Shown here: positions 58,853 to 64,000 of the stretch, piece after piece
How positions within the stretch are numbered: the stretch's first letter is position 1
How the letters are laid out: each line of letters opens with the position of its first letter
Assembly (NCBI GenBank): GCA_000002435.2
Contig: CM018792.1
From: Giardia intestinalis
Lineage: Eukaryota
Length of the DNA: 64,000 nucleotides
Strand: one strand, 5' to 3'
Notes under the pieces: model-generated
What the model was told of the DNA's origin: nothing
The model's input: the letters and a program-made list of their open reading frames with translations, nothing else
The model's database searches: none
Translations under genes and position numbers: made by a program

Positions 58853-60970
58853 ATGCATGTGATCAAGTCATCTTTTCTTAATAGTATGCTTGGTAATAAT
58901 AGAAACGTTGACACCGGCGTAGTTTCTCAGGCTCGGGCCGTCGACCCAAATGAGTATGGAGAGAGTGTTTCTCTCGTGGACCAGAAAGATGACCAGCCAG
59001 CAAGGCTCCAAATGAGCGAGCAGACCGCAGCTACATTAGCACAGCTTAATCTTCAGCCACCTACGTTGTCTCATCAAGCAGCACATCAAGGGCAATTACA
59101 GCAGCAACAACAGTTACCACCCCGGCAGGTACAGCTACCCCCTGTGGATAATAGGTATTCCTCTGCAATTACTTCCATGTCTGACCCGTCAAACTGCAAT
59201 ATTCCGGGAATGGGCAGGGAGCCGATGCGTGTCTCTAAAACGCCTGCTACAGATGTTACGCATACAAGATCCAATCCCCCATTCACCGAGCCTGCCAAGC
59301 CGACGGTCAAGAAGAGCATAAACGAAATGACAGATGCCGAGTACGCTGAGTATTCTAACCAAAACATGAAGAAGTATCAAGCAAGCCTTTTGCACAAGCT
59401 ATTTGTCACAAAGACGTGCACAGCAATAGACAAGCAAGAGATTGATGACCTGGTCAAGATAGACAAGGAGTTCCGTGCTCAGTATCTCCAAATGAAGCAA
59501 GAGGCTGACCGAGAAGAGGAGGAGACACGACGACGTGCAAAGGCGGAGGAAGAGCGTCAGATTGCCGAAAGAATACAGATGGAACTGAACGCCAAGCAAG
59601 CAAAACTAGATAAAGTGTTGCACGCGCGCGCAGGTCATTTCGATGAAAGTGAGTTTGTCCCGGCTGAGCCTGCTCCCAGGACTAGATACATTCCTCAGGA
59701 CGAGCAGATGCCGGCAGCTAGTAGTGCACTTCTAGATAAGATGCAAACCGAGCTCTTATCTACGAAGTCACAGCTATCAAAGGCTCTAGATGAAATTGAA
59801 CGTTTAGAGATCGAAGTACGCAAGGAGCGGGAACAAAAGGATGCCTTGTCTGCCACTGTCGAGAGCTTGCGTAGGGAACTAGAAAAGGCCAGAAGTGCAA
59901 ACCAAGTTGTATCCACATCCTCCTCTGCAGTGCAAATGGAGCGCCCTATAGAGTCGCCCGGGAAGAGCTCGAGCATGCCTATCCACAATTCTCCTGGTAT
60001 CAGGCCTCCTTTGCACGTCGGCACTAACCGTACAACAGACTCCCAAAGCCGTCAGCCTGGCCAGTTCTCGGGACTTCCTCAACAGAAGGAGCAGCAGAAT
60101 GAAGAGACTTTCATGGATATCCTCAAGAGGAAGATAAGCACGACGCTGACTAACGTGGAATATGCTATTCCACTGAAGAAAAAGGATGGTACGGAGAGGC
60201 CAAGCAGTCCACGACGTATTTCACATGCTCCACCAGTGCCGCCTTCAGCACCAAATATTGGACAGGCCTCTAGTGGTATCACTAACAGCTCCGCTTTAAA
60301 TGACACCGTGTCGTTCCTAAATGCACAGGAGTCTATATTGCAGGTTAATGCGAACCAGGGCCCACAAGAGCCAGACGATGCTTCGCTGTACTCGATAAAG
60401 CAAAATACACTCAACCCTTATATGCAAACCCTTATTTGCGAGAACGATATTCTGCTGGTTGATTGTGACAACCAGAGTATGCAATCCACCGATGCCTTCA
60501 ACACCTCAACAATGTCGACCGGTAATATTCCGGAGAGCCTAATGCATGGCCCAAATGCTTCGTTTAACCACAGGATTCGCTCTATAGACCCGAGTGATCA
60601 TCATAACAGAACGCAAGAAACAGAGAATAGAGATGATAGTTTCCCCCTATATGTAGATTCATTGCCAACCAATAGCAATCTTAGTAATAGCCTTTTAACA
60701 ACTGAAGGACAGCAGAGTGCTGAAAACAACAAGCCCCAAACGAATTTCATAATGTCCGACGACGGTCTTGTGCAGCGTTCAGCAGATGAAGCAGCTGCGC
60801 GCTCAAGCAATATTCTTGGGCACCCCTTTACTGTGCGGCACGTCTTGCAAGATGGGTCCAGCACTCATTTTCTGACGCACAATAACCTACGAGGTCAAAT
60901 GATTTTCGATCACGATAGCGATAGCGACGGTTCTTTGCTGACAGAGAGCGTTCCTGACGAGCCTTCTTGA
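58853..60970 (+). CDS. Hypothetical Gln-rich coiled-coil protein (at least 705 aa); start uncertain
   Basis: The track starts this ORF at a GTG (58781). The reading frame is open from 58559 and the first in-frame ATG is at 58853. Coiled-coil segments (KAEEERQIAERIQMELNAKQAKLDKVL; EIERLEIEVRKEREQKDALSATVESLRRELEKAR) and a Gln-rich N-terminal region. Confidence 0.5.
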   Translation: MHVIKSSFLNSMLGNNRNVDTGVVSQARAVDPNEYGESVSLVDQKDDQPARLQMSEQTAATLAQLNLQPPTLSHQAAHQGQLQQQQQLPPRQVQLPPVDNRYSSAITSMSDPSNCNIPGMGREPMRVSKTPATDVTHTRSNPPFTEPAKPTVKKSINEMTDAEYAEYSNQNMKKYQASLLHKLFVTKTCTAIDKQEIDDLVKIDKEFRAQYLQMKQEADREEEETRRRAKAEEERQIAERIQMELNAKQAKLDKVLHARAGHFDESEFVPAEPAPRTRYIPQDEQMPAASSALLDKMQTELLSTKSQLSKALDEIERLEIEVRKEREQKDALSATVESLRRELEKARSANQVVSTSSSAVQMERPIESPGKSSSMPIHNSPGIRPPLHVGTNRTTDSQSRQPGQFSGLPQQKEQQNEETFMDILKRKISTTLTNVEYAIPLKKKDGTERPSSPRRISHAPPVPPSAPNIGQASSGITNSSALNDTVSFLNAQESILQVNANQGPQEPDDASLYSIKQNTLNPYMQTLICENDILLVDCDNQSMQSTDAFNTSTMSTGNIPESLMHGPNASFNHRIRSIDPSDHHNRTQETENRDDSFPLYVDSLPTNSNLSNSLLTTEGQQSAENNKPQTNFIMSDDGLVQRSADEAAARSSNILGHPFTVRHVLQDGSSTHFLTHNNLRGQMIFDHDSDSDGSLLTESVPDEPS

Positions 60971-61002
60971 GAACCAAGTAAACATAAAAACCATACTCTT
61001 CC

Positions 61003-64000
61003 ATGCTTAATCTTATCCCTCCCCGAAGCTTTGTGCTTCAGGAAACTATCCAGGAGATCACTGGTCTAGTTGCGCATGCGCAGGAGCTCACCACTCTATA
61101 CTTTAAGGCTCTTTGCGACTTCCATGTGTTGTTTCCTCTATTACAAGATATACGTTCTGTAGTTGCACAAATCAGTGCCCTCAGCTCCACTGTTCCGCTG
61201 GCAATGGATGGAGTTGTTGCCTGTTGCGTTTCCTCTGTTCTTGCCTGCCTCAAACGAGTTATAGAGGCCACTGTCACAATAGGAGAGTCATGTCTCTCTG
61301 CCATTACTCCAACATGGCAATGGAACGATCACATCTACGAAGTACTTCACTCAGCGTATGTCCAGACCGTGCTTGCCGTTAATGCAGCAAGATTTAAGCA
61401 CATATATAGCACCTTGCCTCTGAGCACCTCTCTCACGGTTAACTCCCTCTACATCATCATTTGCATATTCTGGGAGAACACTATCGGCTACAGGCCCACA
61501 GCGCCGGCGTCCGAAGTCCTCTCGTCTCTTCTCAATTGGCTGGACGCAAGAGGCTACTATGACAAAAGCACGTCCATCAATAAGACAGAGAAGAGTAGAG
61601 ACAGCTTCCTCGCAGATATCACTGGCGCCGTGCCGAACAGCGCTGTCACCCCGAATGACCTCTTTTGTTATGCGCACATCTTCAACTATTTTCTCTATGA
61701 AAGCCTTTGCACCAATCTACCAGGAGTATCTCTGGAGAGTCACCTCTACGAATTGGTTAAGGAGGCCAGATTGACGTTTATGGATAATGTTTTCCCCGGT
61801 ATTCTGCCACTCACCAACGTGACGAATCAGTCATACATCAATCCCTGCTATAACCTACCTTCGTTCGACACCTTTTGGCTCCAGTTTGATCTGTCTGCAT
61901 ATTCAAAATCAAGCTTGCCCCTCGCAATCGCCTTTCCCCGGCCCGAGTTTATTAAAGACACCGTGCGGTTTAGCGAGGAAAGTGTGTTGCTGAATGAAGA
62001 ATACATTAAGATATCTAATTGTCATGTCCTGGTGCAAAAGCTTAAGCTGAAGCTGAAGCCAATTGACGATGCCCACGATAGCACGCTCTCCAAGGTCTAT
62101 ACAGATCGTGCTACAAAGCTTCAGGATCTTTATGCTTCTATAACGCAAAAGCTTAATGGTGTAGATGCGACTAACATCTCTTCTATTCAGGACAGGTATC
62201 TGGCCAACTTGATAATACTGAGGCAGCTCAGTTTTTGCTATCTTCCATCAGACTTGAAGCATGAGCATCTCTCGTACTACACTTCTAGGCTTCCGGTCCC
62301 GATACTGGACCTGGGGATCATCTCTGTTCCGTATTTGGCGGAGTATCTCTTCCACATCTTGAGGCACAAGTCTCCTACAGAAAGCCCGATTGGGATCCCG
62401 GCAGACTTCGTAACACACGTGTGTGGTACGCGGGTCTTCTCGGATACAGCACCATCTGTGGGTACACGGCCACCGCAAAAGGACACCATCGAATACCTCC
62501 TTTTCTGTCTCAACCAAATACACCCGCATAAAGGCCTGCACATAGACTTGCACGCAGATGAGCATCTCCGCACAAATGTCGTACCAAGTAACTCGGGAAG
62601 GGACTACGAATTATCGCAAACGTTGTTACGCACGGTCAACGGGACTCCAATATTGATCCAACGGTATATGGAGCGAGAATGCAAGAAGGCCATGCTTTCT
62701 AATAAGATCAAGCTCACTGCAATGAAGCTACACCAAGTGCATCTTCTGGTCAAGCAGTCAATTGACTCTGTCATTAGCGATTGTGTGGACTCTATTAAGA
62801 CGCACAACACGACGTACAAGCACATGACCAAGGAGGATATAATCCAAGAACTTTTTAGTGCAAGCGAGATTGAGGGCTATGAAATGCTCACTAAAGAGAA
62901 GTCTATCGGGGATGAAAAGCCAACTGAGCCAGACAAACTCAACAAGCTAAACGATCATGTTTCGTTTATCGTTTCCAAGATGATAACCATATGCTTGAAT
63001 ACAGCCATAATTTGCGGGAGCGAGTTTGACAAAGAACTGACAAAGATTACTGGGTGCATACTTCCGTTTGGTGGCCTATCTTGTAGGTTGACTATGAGCT
63101 ATCTGAATAAGCTTTATAACAGATATAGCTCTATCTCAGAGCATCTCACGGAAGGAGTTATGGGGGCGATCTCGTCGCTTTGGGAAATAGTAGCGGCCAA
63201 AACAGGCTATTCTTCCGGGGCCTTGGATCGTATTTTGGTGTATAGAGGTCTGCACATTAAGCAATCTGCGATCACATCACCCGAGTTGATCCTTCCAAGC
63301 ATTTGCAAGAAGGACGATTCTCGCTTGAACTACCATTCGTCAAGGTTCCGGGACGAGCTCCTAGCAACATGCTCAGGGCGAAAAGAGTGTGACAGCCCCT
63401 ATTTGGGGGGCGGTCCTGAGTTTCATTTACATCGGAAGACACAGGAGAATGAGTACTTCAAAGGGCATAGAGGACGAGTCCTTTACCACGAGGCCGGGTA
63501 CCTGCCCCTTCGCACCTTTTCCCTAGCCATGGTTCAAATGGCTTCAAATTTAAAGTTTACTATCTATAACGATCTGTCTCTTTTAATCTTTATGTTCAAA
63601 CACCTTCCTATTTCTCTATCACGGTCTATTCTTATCTGCCAGCTATATTCTCAAGCGGTTCTCAACATTCCCAAGATTCTATCTGCATCTATAGCCTGTA
63701 CAGAGCTTTTAAAACTCAAGCTACACCCTTCCACGACTACCAGTTACATGAGCGCTTTCCCTCTACAGGAATCCTTTTGCGTTAAGGGCAGAGAGTTGTT
63801 GGATAAGCAGTCTATTGTTCCAGCTCTCCTTTCTGATTTAAACCAGCTAAAATTCAACATAGTTGTTTCAGGAACCCCCGGATCTGGGGTCACAACGTTG
63901 ATCAAATATCTCACACTTTCTCCATTGTTCCAGTATATAGAGCCGCTTTCGTCGGCAGCAGGAGAGCCAATCCTCTTCATGGAAAGTCACATGGTGTCAA
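61003..64000 (+). CDS. Hypothetical large protein, 5' portion only (999+ codons; continues past the window end)
   Basis: Not in the supplied ORF track because it has no stop inside the window. Manual translation from ATG at 61003 (MLNLIPPRSFVLQETIQ...) runs uninterrupted to 64000. A degenerate P-loop-like GTPGSGVTT lies near the window end. Confidence 0.55.
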   Translation, partial: MLNLIPPRSFVLQETIQEITGLVAHAQELTTLYFKALCDFHVLFPLLQDIRSVVAQISALSSTVPLAMDGVVACCVSSVLACLKRVIEATVTIGESCLSAITPTWQWNDHIYEVLHSAYVQTVLAVNAARFKHIYSTLPLSTSLTVNSLYIIICIFWENTIGYRPTAPASEVLSSLLNWLDARGYYDKSTSINKTEKSRDSFLADITGAVPNSAVTPNDLFCYAHIFNYFLYESLCTNLPGVSLESHLYELVKEARLTFMDNVFPGILPLTNVTNQSYINPCYNLPSFDTFWLQFDLSAYSKSSLPLAIAFPRPEFIKDTVRFSEESVLLNEEYIKISNCHVLVQKLKLKLKPIDDAHDSTLSKVYTDRATKLQDLYASITQKLNGVDATNISSIQDRYLANLIILRQLSFCYLPSDLKHEHLSYYTSRLPVPILDLGIISVPYLAEYLFHILRHKSPTESPIGIPADFVTHVCGTRVFSDTAPSVGTRPPQKDTIEYLLFCLNQIHPHKGLHIDLHADEHLRTNVVPSNSGRDYELSQTLLRTVNGTPILIQRYMERECKKAMLSNKIKLTAMKLHQVHLLVKQSIDSVISDCVDSIKTHNTTYKHMTKEDIIQELFSASEIEGYEMLTKEKSIGDEKPTEPDKLNKLNDHVSFIVSKMITICLNTAIICGSEFDKELTKITGCILPFGGLSCRLTMSYLNKLYNRYSSISEHLTEGVMGAISSLWEIVAAKTGYSSGALDRILVYRGLHIKQSAITSPELILPSICKKDDSRLNYHSSRFRDELLATCSGRKECDSPYLGGGPEFHLHRKTQENEYFKGHRGRVLYHEAGYLPLRTFSLAMVQMASNLKFTIYNDLSLLIFMFKHLPISLSRSILICQLYSQAVLNIPKILSASIACTELLKLKLHPSTTTSYMSAFPLQESFCVKGRELLDKQSIVPALLSDLNQLKFNIVVSGTPGSGVTTLIKYLTLSPLFQYIEPLSSAAGEPILFMESHMVS

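Noticed and set aside
63850-63890. GTPGSGVTT read as a dynein heavy-chain AAA P-loop
   Set aside because: It lacks the invariant Lys (GxxxxGK[ST]) and sits about 960 aa from the start rather than about 1900 aa. Insufficient for a dynein call.

Overview
The window reads as a gene-dense, intron-poor eukaryotic chromosome segment. I infer Giardia intestinalis (lamblia) from two variant-specific surface protein (VSP) genes ending in the diagnostic TM-CRGKA tail with GGCY and CXXC motifs, an AGTAAAC polyadenylation signal 9-17 nt after their stops, NEK-like pseudokinase/ankyrin proteins, and intergenic spacers of 6-50 bp. About 25 protein-coding genes are supported. Housekeeping calls are a cathepsin C-like membrane cysteine protease, an endonuclease I-like secreted nuclease, a prefoldin beta subunit, an LRR+IQ protein, a tRNA-splicing endonuclease subunit, an RtcB tRNA ligase, two paralogous kinesin-3 genes, a radical-SAM enzyme, and two NEK-type pseudokinases (one with ankyrin repeats and a RING finger). 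Several large hypothetical proteins fill the rest. The accessory part is an ~8.7 kb VSP island (about 9.2-17.9 kb). It holds a large VSP with five perfectly identical 303-bp tandem repeats and a mini-VSP that looks like a single repeat unit. Both are embedded in GC-rich, stop-poor sequence, and the block between them carries a frameshifted CCHC/REL-endonuclease remnant of a site-specific non-LTR retrotransposon (GilM/GilT/GilD-like). The most unusual observation is the second kinesin paralog: its first ~1.18 kb (motor domain plus neck) has about 97% G/C at third codon positions and an Ala/Arg/Gly-shifted protein, then drops to ordinary composition over a few bases with frame and homology intact. 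The supplied ORF track uses GTG/TTG starts and omits ORFs running off the window edge, so I re-derived ATG starts where needed.
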